Shown here: positions 26,298 through 37,900 of the stretch, piece after piece | Numbering within the stretch: the stretch's first letter is position 1 | How the letters are laid out: the number at the start of each line of letters is the position of its first letter | Assembly (NCBI GenBank): GCA_947464365.1 | Contig: CANHWS010000001.1 | Span: forward strand, 1 to 48,760 | DNA: 48,760 nt | Reading direction: 5' to 3' | From: Cytophagaceae bacterium | Lineage (GTDB): Bacteria > Bacteroidota > Bacteroidia > Cytophagales > Flexibacteraceae | Notes under the pieces: generated by a model | What the model saw: only the letters and a program-made list of their open reading frames with translations | Databases searched by the model: none | Told to the model about the DNA's origin: nothing | Program-made: the position numbers and the translations under genes

Positions 26298-27839
26298 ATG
26301 CCCCTTTCAGTTCGGACCCTGCGGTCCAGAAGCCTGCTGCACATTGGCAGTTTGCGTTTATTGGCCATCCTAGCCTTTACAACCCTTTTAGCGCCCAATA
26401 CCAAAGCAGATGATATCTATAACATCGAGCGGTTTGGGGCAAAAGGTGACGGCAAAACGGTCTGCACAAAGCAGATCCAGGCGGCGCTTGATGCCTGCAC
26501 AAAAGCAGGTGGTGGAACTGTGGTAGTCCCCAAAGGCATCTATGTGACTGGCACGATTTTTATCAAGGACAATACCACCCTCCAGATTGACCCTAATGGC
26601 GTCATCAAAGGAAGCGGTGACATCAAGGACTATACCTTTATGGCCTGGGGTGGCGATGGTAATATTGATCGCCAGCCCTATCATTTGGTAGCCGCGAAGG
26701 ACGCCCATCATATTGCCATCACTGGCACAGGCACCATTGACGGCAACGGCCCTGCCTTCTTCTTGCCTAATGATGGTAAGTCTCCGCGCTGGACACTAGC
26801 TGCCAAAACCAAAGTCAGCCCCATGGTTGAGCTATGGAATTGCAAAGATGTGCGTCTGCGTGACGTGCTGCTCAACAATCCTGCTGGCTGGACTTGTCAT
26901 ATCTTCGACTGTGACCGTGTTGTTATTGATGGCATTCGGATCGACAACAACCTCTTTACGCCCAACTCAGACGGCATTGACATCACTGGTGGGCAAGATG
27001 TGATGATTAGCAACTGCTACATCTCAACCTGTGATGATGCCATCTGCCTCAAGACCAGCCCAGACAGCCGCGAGTGCAAACGCGTTACGGTCACCAACTG
27101 CATCATCCGTACTATGTGTGTTGCCCTCAAGCTCGGCAACGAAAGCTATAAGGATATGAGCCAAGTGACGTTCAGCAACTGTGTTGTTTATGGCTCTAGC
27201 CGTGCAGTCGGCATCTATTCACAAGATGGCGGTGTGCTTGAAGATATAACGGTCAGCAACATCGTCTGCGACACCAAAGCCCCTTTTATCTTCAACAGGC
27301 CAATCCATATCAGCCTTTTGCAGATGGGCAAAACCAGAGGGGCCGTTCGCAACGTACTGATCTCGAACTTTATCGCCAATACCGATGGCCGCATCATGCT
27401 CACATCCGAAGACGGTAGTAAACTCGAGAACATCACCCTACGGGATGTGCAGCTTACCTACCCTTTCATCGAAAATCCAGAGCTTTATGTGATCGGAGCC
27501 CAGAGCAAACAGTTTTCGCCCCGTAGCCTTGAGGCCCGCAAAGCCAAGGCAGCTATCGTGGCTGATAACATCAACAACCTCGTGTTGGATAACCTGACCA
27601 TCAACTGGGTGCATCCTGATAGTACCGTCCATAAGGACTATGCAATGAAAGAGCGCATTGAGCATGGAGGCAAACGTGTCTTCACCCCAGACTATTCAAA
27701 AAGTCATCAGACAGACCTAGGGGTATTCTGGGGTCGCAATGTAAACGGTGGCTATCTGGATATTCCACTTGCCAAGCCTAGTGCTGTTGGCGTCACGCCA
27801 GTCGAGCTCATTAACTCTAACCTCAAGATCAGGGAGTAG
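26298..27839 (+). CDS. GH28-like pectin-lyase-fold glycoside hydrolase (polygalacturonase family)
   Basis: YNIERFGAKGDGKTVCTKQIQAALDAC..GGGTVVVPKGIYVTG is a Pectate_lyase_3-type start. TPNSDGIDITGG and CDDAICLKT match the NTD and DD catalytic motifs. The GHG motif is not obvious. Confidence 0.8.
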   Translation: MPLSVRTLRSRSLLHIGSLRLLAILAFTTLLAPNTKADDIYNIERFGAKGDGKTVCTKQIQAALDACTKAGGGTVVVPKGIYVTGTIFIKDNTTLQIDPNGVIKGSGDIKDYTFMAWGGDGNIDRQPYHLVAAKDAHHIAITGTGTIDGNGPAFFLPNDGKSPRWTLAAKTKVSPMVELWNCKDVRLRDVLLNNPAGWTCHIFDCDRVVIDGIRIDNNLFTPNSDGIDITGGQDVMISNCYISTCDDAICLKTSPDSRECKRVTVTNCIIRTMCVALKLGNESYKDMSQVTFSNCVVYGSSRAVGIYSQDGGVLEDITVSNIVCDTKAPFIFNRPIHISLLQMGKTRGAVRNVLISNFIANTDGRIMLTSEDGSKLENITLRDVQLTYPFIENPELYVIGAQSKQFSPRSLEARKAKAAIVADNINNLVLDNLTINWVHPDSTVHKDYAMKERIEHGGKRVFTPDYSKSHQTDLGVFWGRNVNGGYLDIPLAKPSAVGVTPVELINSNLKIRE

Positions 27840-27997
27840 GCGTAGTATAATTTGCAATCCTGCCCCGCTAGGGTCGATATTGTGCATTCAGCTGGGGTCA
27901 TATTCAAAGCTCCGTTCCCAGCATACCCCACCCTCATTGATACAGTACCCTACCAAACCAGTCATTCACCCTTTTTCATACTGCCTTAACCTCAATC

Positions 27998-29335
27998 ATG
28001 GCACTTAAAGTCACAACAGGCGATAAAGTCTATTTCCCTTTCATTGACCAAGTCAAGTACGAAGGTCGCGAAAGCCGCAACCCGCTCGCATTCAAGTTCT
28101 ACCAAGCTGACAAAGTGGTGGCTGGCAAAACGATGGAGGAGCACTTCCGTTTTGCAGTAGCCTATTGGCACACCCTCTGCGGCACTGGTGGTGATCCATT
28201 CGGCCCAGGCACCAAGCTGTTCCCTTGGTCAACCTCAAATGACCCGATCCAGGCGGCCAAGGACAAAGCTGACGCTGCTTTCGAGTTTGCAACCAAGCTC
28301 AACATTCCGTTCTACTGTTTCCATGACATCGACTTGGCACCAGAAGGCAACACCTTTGCTGAGTACGAAAAAAACCTAGCCACCATCGTTGAGTATGCCA
28401 AAGGCAAACAAGCCGCTAGTGGTGTCAAGTTGCTTTGGGGTACAGCCAACGTATTCAGCAACCCACGCTACATGAACGGCGCTAGCACCAACCCTGACTT
28501 CAACGTCGTGGCTCAAGCTGGTGCTCAGGTCAAAAACGCCATCGATGCAACGATCGCTCTTGGTGGTGAGAACTATGTATTCTGGGGTGGTCGTGAAGGT
28601 TATCAGTCCTTGCTCAATACCAACATGAAGCGTGAGCAAGAGCACCTTGCCCGTTTCCTGACAATGGCACGTGACTACGGCCGCAAAAATGGCTTCAATG
28701 GCACTTTCTTGATTGAGCCTAAACCAATGGAGCCGAGCAAACATCAGTACGACTTTGACTCAGCAACCGTTATCGGATTCCTACGTCATCATGGGCTGGA
28801 CAAAGACTTCAAACTCAATATTGAGGTCAACCACGCCACCTTGGCGCTCCATACCTTCCAACACGAGCTACAGACTGCGGTAGACGCTGGCATGCTAGGC
28901 AGCATCGATGCCAACCGTGGCGACTACCAAAACGGATGGGATACCGACCAGTTCCCGAACAACATCTACGAAATCACCGAAGCCATGCTTGTAGTGCTCG
29001 AAGGTGGTGGCTTTGGCACAGGTGGTGTCAACTTTGACGCCAAAACCCGCCGTAACAGCACCGATCTGGAGGACATCTTCTACGCCCACATTGGTGCAAT
29101 GGATGTTTTCGCCCGTGCATTGCTGATTGCCGACAGGATCCTGACCGAAAGCCCGTACAAAAAACTACGGACCGAGCGTTATGCCAGCTTTGACAGTAGC
29201 CATGGTGCTGCATTCGAAAGTGGCAAACTCACCCTTGAAGACCTACGCAACCATGCAGCCACCGCTGGCGAACCAAGTGTCACAAGTGGCCGCCAAGAGT
29301 ATTACGAAAACTTGGTAAACGAGTACCTATTCTAG
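27998..29335 (+). CDS. xylA: Xylose isomerase (class II)
   Basis: [49 protein letters not shown] and [10 protein letters not shown]. Confidence 0.97.
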   Translation: MALKVTTGDKVYFPFIDQVKYEGRESRNPLAFKFYQADKVVAGKTMEEHFRFAVAYWHTLCGTGGDPFGPGTKLFPWSTSNDPIQAAKDKADAAFEFATKLNIPFYCFHDIDLAPEGNTFAEYEKNLATIVEYAKGKQAASGVKLLWGTANVFSNPRYMNGASTNPDFNVVAQAGAQVKNAIDATIALGGENYVFWGGREGYQSLLNTNMKREQEHLARFLTMARDYGRKNGFNGTFLIEPKPMEPSKHQYDFDSATVIGFLRHHGLDKDFKLNIEVNHATLALHTFQHELQTAVDAGMLGSIDANRGDYQNGWDTDQFPNNIYEITEAMLVVLEGGGFGTGGVNFDAKTRRNSTDLEDIFYAHIGAMDVFARALLIADRILTESPYKKLRTERYASFDSSHGAAFESGKLTLEDLRNHAATAGEPSVTSGRQEYYENLVNEYLF

Positions 29336-29363
29336 GCCAACTTCGCTTTCGGACCACATATCA

Positions 29364-29400
29364 ACAAACCCATGATAGTCGTCGTGGGTTTGTTTGCGTT
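29364..29400 (+). terminator. Rho-independent terminator after xylA
   Basis: Stem ACAAACCCA / TGGGTTTGT (9 bp, extendable with G-U pairs) followed by TTGCGTTT. Confidence 0.6.
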
Positions 29401-29562
29401 TGGTGCAAAGTATGCCCTAATTCGCTGATAACACGGTCATGACCTCAGAGATGTATTAGGCCCCTTTGAAGCCCCTGATTTGGCAACGGCCTGGATAGGT
29501 TTCGGAATGACAAAAGGGTGGCTGAATGCCTTAAGATTGCGATACACATTGATTATAAGGCC

Positions 29563-29570
29563 TATTTTTG
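29563..29570 (+). promoter_or_regulatory. Possible -7 box (TATTTTTG) in the long region upstream of the SusD/SusC locus
   Basis: Matches TAnnTTTG, with a TTG at 29537-29539. It lies about 350 nt upstream of the first start codon, so it would imply a long leader. Confidence 0.25.
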
Positions 29571-29919
29571 CGAAAATATTAAAAATGAACCAATGCTCAA
29601 GATGCCCTTGCAATACTTTGGTCCCTAATAACTAGTTTTGGGACTGTCTGCTTTAGATGATTGCGAAAAAACTAGGCCATAGCATAGCTTATTGCCAATT
29701 ACTAGCGCAGGCTAGCCTCAGTGCTAGTCTTGTTGTCTGACAACTTTGCACTTGGTCCAAGCCGTGTAGGGCATCCCTCCCGCTCTGCCGACCAAAGCAA
29801 GTAATGCCAACCTAACAAGGCCAACGGAGGCAATTGACGCTCCACCTTATCAGGACAATACCAGCCTGCTACACCTAATTGGTTTGCAAGGTTTTATCAT
29901 ATTGGTATAGCATTACTGC

Positions 29920-31620
29920 ATGAAAACATCAAGTCGCTTTTTTGTTGGCTTTGGTGACAGGCTTGTCTCTGTCATCACTAAGGTCAGCCGTCCAGGCTTA
30001 GCCACAGTGCTGCTGGTATCGGTACTTATGGGTTGCGCCCCAAGGCTCGACATCAACCCATCTCTCGACATTCCTGATGCGCAATCCGTCAAAAATGTAG
30101 ATGACCTCAACCAAGTCCTGACTTCGGCATATGCTAGCATTGCCTCCAAGTATTTCTTAGGTGCTAGCCTTAAGGTTTGGCCAGATGTGATCTCAGACCA
30201 GATCGTGATCAACCCAGCCTCGCCCTATGCCCTTAAAGAAACTGATATAGCCAACCGTAGGTTTAACGCATCGGACAGCCTGATTATTTTGGCATGGGAG
30301 CAAGGTTATCGCGCCGTTAACTTATCCAACCAAGTCATAGACAAGGTCCAGAACGGTGGCCTTTCTGGTGAAGCCTTTACCCGCAATCGTGACCGCATCC
30401 TTGGTGAGGCCTACTTCATCAGGGCGGTAGCCTTGTTTGAACTAGTGCGCTTTTTTGCACCAGCTTATACAAGCAGCACTGCCAATCAGTTAGCCATCCC
30501 GATGCCTCTGAGTCCGTCAACTGTGCGGGAGAACCCACCAATCCCGACTTTAGACCAACTTTATCAGCAGGTAAAGCAAGACTTGAGCACAGCAGCTACC
30601 CTCCTACCCTTCCGATACTCCACCACCACCGCCAAGTCAGGTAGTTTTTCGGTATTCGGGAATGCAACAGGGGCGGCAGCCAAAGCATACCTAGCCAAGG
30701 TTTGTTTCCAGCAAGGCGGCAGTAACGAGCAGCAGGCCCTGCAAGCGATAAACGAAACCATCGGTACAGTTGACTCCTTGGTTGATGGCCAATATTATCC
30801 AGAAAACTTCCCGATGGTTGGCAGCAACACCCGTGATATTGGCCCTGGTGCTGCCTATTCCAACTATGGTGTTGTAGGCCGCGGATCTTATGCTGCCTTT
30901 GCTACCCCAAATAATGAATTCCCTGAGGTGATCTTCAACATCATGAATCGTGGAGATCAGGATTTCAGCCGAGAAATATTCTACCGCTACACCTACGATC
31001 TGACCTTGGCTGGCACTAACCCACGGTACCTCCTGTCAGACACGTTCCGCCTACGGAATTTCACGCTCAGCACAGATGCACGCTTTGCATACTATACAGG
31101 CGGTGTGACCAAGTACAACGGCAATAGGTTCTGCATCCAGAAGTGGTTTAATTCCTCACCGACCTTTAACGTCATCGTAATCAGGAGCGCTGAGCTGGTA
31201 CTAAGCCGGGCACGCATCCATTTCAATTTGGCACAGCAGACGACAGATCCTACCCTTCGTCAGCAATACCTGACCAAAGCCTTACATGACATGTTCTATG
31301 TCAAAAAAAAGTCCCGTAGGCTAACTACTGGTGCCGCTCGCCCACTGGACAACCTCAACTACTGCTACACCAACGCTAGGATACCGAACAACAACGCCTT
31401 CGAGACCTTGCTGGATCAGGAACTGAACCGTGAGCGCCAACGTGAGCTTTTTGGTGAAGGTGACCGCCTACACGACATCCGTCGCCAAGGCCTGACCGTT
31501 ATTTCAGGCAATGGGCAGCGAGGATCCGAGAACATCCCCGACTACAACCTGCCGCTCGAAAAGTCCATCTTACCGATTCCGATTAGTGAAACGGCCATCA
31601 ATGCATCACTCAATCGTTAG
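29920..31620 (+). CDS. SusD/RagB-family nutrient-binding outer-membrane lipoprotein (copy 1)
   Basis: Lipoprotein signal LLVSVLMGC. TPR-like N-terminus (LNQVLTSAYASI, AYFIRAVALFELVRFF). C-terminal motif RERQRELFGEGDRLHDIRR. Confidence 0.9.
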   Translation: MKTSSRFFVGFGDRLVSVITKVSRPGLATVLLVSVLMGCAPRLDINPSLDIPDAQSVKNVDDLNQVLTSAYASIASKYFLGASLKVWPDVISDQIVINPASPYALKETDIANRRFNASDSLIILAWEQGYRAVNLSNQVIDKVQNGGLSGEAFTRNRDRILGEAYFIRAVALFELVRFFAPAYTSSTANQLAIPMPLSPSTVRENPPIPTLDQLYQQVKQDLSTAATLLPFRYSTTTAKSGSFSVFGNATGAAAKAYLAKVCFQQGGSNEQQALQAINETIGTVDSLVDGQYYPENFPMVGSNTRDIGPGAAYSNYGVVGRGSYAAFATPNNEFPEVIFNIMNRGDQDFSREIFYRYTYDLTLAGTNPRYLLSDTFRLRNFTLSTDARFAYYTGGVTKYNGNRFCIQKWFNSSPTFNVIVIRSAELVLSRARIHFNLAQQTTDPTLRQQYLTKALHDMFYVKKKSRRLTTGAARPLDNLNYCYTNARIPNNNAFETLLDQELNRERQRELFGEGDRLHDIRRQGLTVISGNGQRGSENIPDYNLPLEKSILPIPISETAINASLNR

Positions 31621-31644
31621 TCGCACCCACATAACTTCCTAGTT

Positions 31645-34600
31645 TTGAAGCGTTCCATTCTTTTTCCTGTTTCCAAACCATACCAATACGGGTTTGCGGT
31701 TGGCATCCTTGCCTTGCTTTTGGCCATGATGAGCCAGCAGTCAATGGCCCAGTATTCGCGTAGGGATACAACGAGCATCACTGCTTCTGGTCGGGTTTAC
31801 CTATTGCCAGACACAACAGTCGGTGTCGCCAATGCCGAAATCCAGTTCAAGGGCAAGTCCAAAGGCACCATCAGTGGGGCCGACGGGTCATTCAGTATCA
31901 AGGGATATCAGCAAACGGATACCACCTTATTGGTGACCTTTGCTGGCTACATCCCACAAGAGGTTAGGTTAGGAGATATAACCGAAGGTCTATCTGTCCG
32001 CCTTGTAATTGAGCCTGATTATCAATACCTCGGGATCGGAAGGATTAGAACAGATGTAAGCCCTTACAGCATCGGCACCTCGGGTGCCGATGCCATCAAA
32101 CAACACCCTGCCAATAGTTTTGAAGGGGCGCTACAAGGCCGTATTTCAGGTCTGCAAGTCACCCAAAGTACAGGTCTAACTTCGGCTGCTGTTACTACAC
32201 GCCTGCGCGGCCTAGTCAATGTGATGGGCGATGCTCAGCCACTGTTTGTCCTTGATGGTGTACCACTTGTCAGCGGTACCAACGGTGACGGCGGCGGTGG
32301 TATCGGGAACAACTATGGCTATAACAACTCACCTCTGGCCGAAATCAATGCAGGCGACATCGACAAAATCGAAGTCCTGAAAGATGGTGCTAGCCAAGCG
32401 ATGTATGGTGCCCGTGGTGCTAACGGTGTCATCTTGTTGACCTCTAAAAAAGGCTTGGCTGGCAAAACACGGTTTAACTTCAACTACAATGTTGGCATCC
32501 TACAGCCTACCAACACTGTCAAACTAGCCAATGGTAGCCAATACCGCCAAGCAGTAGATAAAGCCTATGCCAATAGCTTCGGCGCAGCCCCAGTTGATAA
32601 TGGCAGCGCACGCTACTTGGTAGGTGGTGATAGCATCTTTGGGTTTAATACTGGCCTAGCTAATGGCACTAACACCAACTGGCTTGACAAATCTCTCCAA
32701 ACGGGTAGCATCCAGAACGCCAGCCTTAGCATCAGTGGTGGTAGCAAACGGGTTAGCTTTTTCACCTCGGTGGACTACCGCAACGAAAAAGGCATCCTGA
32801 AAGGCACTAACCAAGACCGGCTTTCAGTTCGGTTCAATGCCGAAAATAAAGCGACCGAATTTCTTACCCTTGGTCTCCGGACCCAGCTATCGCTCAGCTT
32901 TGGCAATTATGCCCCATCAGGTACGGATACCTCGGCTGGCTTCGGTATGGCACAGAGTGCTGCCTTGCCCATCTTCCCGACCAATCTGCCTAATGGTGTT
33001 ACGGATCCATACAACTTAAGCAATACCTATTTCAACCCCTATCGTGGCACTAATGGTGACCTCACGACCAACAACGACTTCTTCCGGAATCAACGCAACG
33101 TCTTCCGGAATGTTGGTGTGATTTACGCCTCGTTTGACTTCCTGAAGCATTTTAACTTCCGCTCAGAAGCTGGCCTAGACTACTATAACAACAACGACCG
33201 TACGTTTAGGTCTGGCATGTTGCGCCTGCGTAACACCCTATTGCCACGTGGCACCTTTGCCTTGACACCAACGGCAGTCGGCACCGATGCACGCCAGTTG
33301 ACCTACAATGCCCAGCTCAACAACTACCTGAGCTATGGTCAAACCTTTGGGAATACCGAGGTTTCGGCTTTGGTCGGCAACCAATACACCAATAGCTATT
33401 CGTCCTACAACCTAGCGGCCAGCGAGCGTATGCCAAACGAATATAGCGGCCTGACCTCTGCTGGCGCAATTGGCTTTGGCCTCCCAACTGGTGGCGCCAC
33501 GGGCTTTGCTTACAATGCTTGGTTTGGCAAAGCGACTGCTATCCACAACAACAAATATGTCTTGACCGTAAGTGGCCGTGCCGAAAGCAGCAGCCGATTT
33601 GGCAAGGACAACCTATGGGCATTCTACCCTTCGGTTGCAGCAGCATGGGTCATCAGCCGTGAGGACTTTATGGTTGGCACCAATGGCTGGTTGTCAGCAC
33701 TTAAACTCCGTACCTCGTATGGCCTAACAGGTAACTCGATGTTCGAGAACGACATATCAGTCGGATACTGGCGTGGTGGACCATCTTATGTCGATCCTGC
33801 TACGTTTGTCCCTGGCCGCTCGCAGTTCCGCCTATCGAACGGGCAGCTAACCAGCGACAAAATCACCCACTTCACAGCCGGGTTTGATGCAGCGCTGCTT
33901 ACTGACCGTGTTATGATCTCAGCCGACTTCTTTGTGCGCCAGAACACCAATGCCTTGACTGCCTTCCCTGTGGCCCCGTCTCAGGGTGTGATCAATGGCT
34001 ACAGCTACGAAAACAAAGGCAAACTATCGGCCACAGGTATTGAGGTTACACTCACTAGCCAGAATGTCAAGACCGAAAACTTTGGTTGGTCTACCGCCTT
34101 CACACTTGGCTATACCACTAGCCGAGTTAATGATCTATCTGGTCTCAACACCGCCCAGTCACCAGCTTACGGAGATGTACGCCTGATAGAAGGCTACAAC
34201 TACGGTACCTATTACTTGGCTCGCTGGGCTGGTACTGCGTCAAGTGACGATGCGCAAGGCCGTTGGAAAGCTGGCGATGAGTTGTTGCTTGACCGCAATG
34301 GCAATCAGTTCCGTCCTACTTCTGTTAGTCAGATAGACTCTGCCCGTGTCCTTATTGATGGCAAACAAACTACCCCAACCGTTTATGGTGGCCTCAACAA
34401 CACCTTGACCTTCATGGGCTTTGATCTTGGCGTTTATTTCACCTATAGCTTGGGCCAAAGCCTGCTGGACTATGGTGCACATCGTCAGAGCTATGTAACT
34501 GGCAACAGCAACCTGCGCGAGTCCGCACTAGAAGAGGCCAACCTCTATTACAATGGCAATGGAAAAGTTGATCCGCTTGCTTCTCGCATCACAGATCGCT

Positions 34601-34872
34601 TCCTGACCAATGCATCCTTTATCCGGCTCCGCAACCTCACCTTGGGATATAACCTATCCACAACTTGGTGCAAAGCCCACGGCCTACAAGGCGGACGGGT
34701 GTTTATCAATGCCGAAAACCTCTGGACCTATGCACCACAATTTAAGGGCTGGGATCCTGAAGTTGTTGGTAACCTAGGAGCTGGCCAAGCTGGCAACGTC
34801 GGCCTCGGCACTACGTATTTTGATCTTCCGCAAGCAAGGACCTATATGCTGGGTCTATCTGTCACCTTCTAA
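31645..34872 (+). CDS. SusC/RagA-family TonB-dependent outer-membrane transporter (copy 1)
   Basis: CarboxypepD_reg-like start (ASGRVYLLPDTTVGVANAEIQFKG...DGSFSI). Plug motifs (GLQVTQSTG, IEVLKDGASQAMYGARGANGVILLTSKKG). The barrel ends ...YMLGLSVTF. Only a TTG at 31645 precedes the signal peptide. Confidence 0.93.
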   Translation: MKRSILFPVSKPYQYGFAVGILALLLAMMSQQSMAQYSRRDTTSITASGRVYLLPDTTVGVANAEIQFKGKSKGTISGADGSFSIKGYQQTDTTLLVTFAGYIPQEVRLGDITEGLSVRLVIEPDYQYLGIGRIRTDVSPYSIGTSGADAIKQHPANSFEGALQGRISGLQVTQSTGLTSAAVTTRLRGLVNVMGDAQPLFVLDGVPLVSGTNGDGGGGIGNNYGYNNSPLAEINAGDIDKIEVLKDGASQAMYGARGANGVILLTSKKGLAGKTRFNFNYNVGILQPTNTVKLANGSQYRQAVDKAYANSFGAAPVDNGSARYLVGGDSIFGFNTGLANGTNTNWLDKSLQTGSIQNASLSISGGSKRVSFFTSVDYRNEKGILKGTNQDRLSVRFNAENKATEFLTLGLRTQLSLSFGNYAPSGTDTSAGFGMAQSAALPIFPTNLPNGVTDPYNLSNTYFNPYRGTNGDLTTNNDFFRNQRNVFRNVGVIYASFDFLKHFNFRSEAGLDYYNNNDRTFRSGMLRLRNTLLPRGTFALTPTAVGTDARQLTYNAQLNNYLSYGQTFGNTEVSALVGNQYTNSYSSYNLAASERMPNEYSGLTSAGAIGFGLPTGGATGFAYNAWFGKATAIHNNKYVLTVSGRAESSSRFGKDNLWAFYPSVAAAWVISREDFMVGTNGWLSALKLRTSYGLTGNSMFENDISVGYWRGGPSYVDPATFVPGRSQFRLSNGQLTSDKITHFTAGFDAALLTDRVMISADFFVRQNTNALTAFPVAPSQGVINGYSYENKGKLSATGIEVTLTSQNVKTENFGWSTAFTLGYTTSRVNDLSGLNTAQSPAYGDVRLIEGYNYGTYYLARWAGTASSDDAQGRWKAGDELLLDRNGNQFRPTSVSQIDSARVLIDGKQTTPTVYGGLNNTLTFMGFDLGVYFTYSLGQSLLDYGAHRQSYVTGNSNLRESALEEANLYYNGNGKVDPLASRITDRFLTNASFIRLRNLTLGYNLSTTWCKAHGLQGGRVFINAENLWTYAPQFKGWDPEVVGNLGAGQAGNVGLGTTYFDLPQARTYMLGLSVTF

Positions 34873-34972
34873 TTACCCAGCACGACCCATGACATCTTTG
34901 CAAACACCACATTCAGTCAACGCTACAGTACCTGCTGGCATCACAACCGGCAATCACACGCTTCAGCAACTC

Positions 34973-37900
34973 ATGACAATGGCCCAAAAACTGCGCACCT
35001 GGACTACATTGCTAATTCTGGCCATGGTGAGCTACAGTGGATTGGTACAGGCACAGGCACCAGGCGCCCCTCGGGAGGTCACAGGTTACGTGTTTGACGC
35101 CAAAACCAAGGAGGATATTGTTGGCGCCACCATCATCATCAAGGAGCAACCGACAAAAGGCGCCGCCACTAACCTCGAAGGTAGGTTCAAACTCAAAGTT
35201 GGGCCAGAGGCCAAAACAATCATCGTAGGCTACATTGGCTATCGCAAAAAAGAGGTCCTGATCCCTGCCAATGGCGGCGAAGTCAAAGTGGCTCTTCAAG
35301 AAGATATCCAGAGCAAGGGGCCGATTGAGGTTGTGGCAACAGGTCTTGGCCAGGTCCAGAAAAAGAAACTTGACATTGGCTCAACAGAAAATATTGAGTT
35401 TAGCAAAGTGGCCGTTGGTAGCATCTCCAGCTTTGATGCTGGTCTGCAAGGTCAGGTAGCCGGTCTTCAGGTAACACAAGCCTCTGGTATGCCCGGGGGT
35501 GGTGTCACGATCAGGGTACGTGGTGTTGGCTCTATGTCTGCAGGTTCTGATCCGCTATACATCGTAGATGGCCTGCCGATCACAACAGGTGCAGGTGGTG
35601 ATGGTGGTGGTGGCATCGGCAACAACGTCGGCTACCAAGTCAACCCATTGGCTGATTTCAACACGAGTGACATCGAGAATATCACAGTACTGAAGGATGC
35701 GGCCGCTACAGCGCAGTATGGCTCTCGTGGTAGCAATGGCGTTGTAATTATCACGACAAAACGTGGCAAAAGCGGTAGGACCCAGTTCAACGCCGGCCTG
35801 ACCTTTGGTGTTTCGAACCCTACCAACCGAGTGGAAACACTTAATGGCGAGGAGTACCGTCGTGTGGTCAATCAAGCCTATAATAACAGCTTCCAATTCA
35901 GCCAATTTAACAGGAATAATCCTTCTACCAATCCAACTCCTGAGCGCCGATTTATTACGTTCCCTTATCTGGTTTCCTTAGACCCTAGCAACTACCAATA
36001 CACCAACACCAATTGGATGGACCAGCTGATGCGCAAGGACGCACCAATGATGGATCTGAACCTGAGCGGTAGTGGTGGTAGTGAGAAAACAACCTTCTAT
36101 GCTGGCCTCAGCTATCGGGACGAGAATGGTGTATTGAAAGGCAACCGTTTCCAACGCTTGGGTGGTCGGTTCACGGTTGATAACATCGTGAACGAGCGGC
36201 TCAAGGTGGGTGTTTCGACCTCGATTACCTTCACGCTCAACAACTTGGTGCCTTCCGGTCAGCCAGGATCAGGCGGAGCGCAAGGTGGATTTGGCACTGC
36301 CCAGTACCGCAGCCTGCCGATTATGCCGATTAACTATCCTGATAGCGTACCAATACGTGACCCCAACAATCCTGATATCATAACCAAAAACGAGCCCAAT
36401 CAGGCAAGTAATCAGTTTCCGTTTAATCCATTCTATAACGCCTACGGACAGTTTGCAGGTACCAATATTGCCCTTACAAGCAACCGCGACTATGCCTACA
36501 ACAACAGAGCGGTGTTCCGGAACATCAGTAATATCTATGCCGAGTATAACGTCTATAACACCATCAAGTTCCGGACGGAGAACGGTATTGACTATTACAA
36601 CCAAGTTGATCAGAGCTACCAAAGCAGGTTCCTGCGTGTCAGCTCTTTGGGTGGTAACCTATTGCCGACGGCAAGCATCAGTGACTCCAGGACCTACTTC
36701 GTGAACTTTAACACAAACAACTTCCTGACCAGCGACAACTACATCTTCAACGAAAACCACAACCTGAAGTCAAGCATAGGTACCAGCTTCCAACGGTCCG
36801 AAAGCTATAACAATAGCGTGAGTGGCGAGGGTCTTCCTAATGATGATAGTCGGTCGGTCTCGAGCGCACAACGTCTGCTGGACTTCAGCGGTAACGAAAG
36901 CCGCTTTGCCTTCATGTCCTTCTATGCCCAGACCAACTATCTGTACAAAGAAAAATATGTCGCTCAGGCCAGCTACCGTTATGACGGATCGTCAAGGTTC
37001 GGCAGCAACAACAAGTTTGGCGGGTTCTTTGGCCTTGGTGGTGCCTATATCATTAGCGAGGAAGAGTGGCTCAAGAAATACACTTGGCTCAGCCTCCTCA
37101 AGATCAAGGCAAGTTATGGTCAGACAGGCAACGCTAGCGGCCTAGGCAACTTCCAGAGCTATGGCCTTTACACCAGCGGTGCGGGGTATGCCCTCCAACC
37201 GGGTACCAGCCCATCAAGGTTCCAGAATGCTGACTTGAGCTGGGAACGCTCTGAAAAGCTCGATATCGGTATTGACTTCTCGTTTTTTAATGACCGCATC
37301 GAAGGTGGCATCACCTATTACAGCAGCATTAGCCGTGATATGCTTTTGGGTCTGCCAATTCCTGGCTCGAAAGGTCTAAATGACGGTAACTATATCCAGA
37401 ACGTTGGCCGTGTGTCCAACTCTGGTCTAGAGTTTAACGTCAGCACCAAGAACATCGTCAAGATGCGTAAGGCCGAAGGAGACGTTATTCCAAAGAACCT
37501 CTTCACTTGGAGTACTGACTTTAATATTTCGTCCAACGTGAACAAGATCCTTGACCTTGGTGGACTCAAACCCAACGAAATCACAGGATCCCTAGACTAT
37601 GGTAGCTATATCGGGGGCCAAGTGAGCACATTCTACCTCCCGGTATTTGCCGGTGTTGCTGAGTCCGACGATCCGAACGGTCGTTGGGTCCGTGGTGACG
37701 AATTGATCTACCGTGCTGAGCGCGATGCTAATGGCAACCTCACCGGTCGTGTGACGGACGAGCGAATCCGCCCAGGTATCAACCGTACTGGTCTGATTGA
37801 CTCCAACAGGGTGCCAGTATTCAACAAACCTGTGCAGCCATTGTTCTATGGCGGCATCACGAACAACTTCAAGGTCTATGACTTTGATATCAGCGTCTTG

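Noticed and set aside
29630-29730. Cluster of five CTAG tetramers (three as ACTAG) in the leader of the SusD/SusC locus
   Set aside because: CTAG is not rare in this sequence; CCTAGG, GCTAGC and CTAGGCC occur frequently throughout. The spacing is irregular, so I cannot call it a repeat or an operator array.
34820-34972. N-terminal extension of SusC copy 2 overlapping the end of SusC copy 1
   Set aside because: The extension precedes the obvious signal peptide (MTMAQKLRTWTTLLILAMV...) and overlaps the upstream barrel terminus by 53 nt. It is an ORF-finder artefact from using the first possible start.
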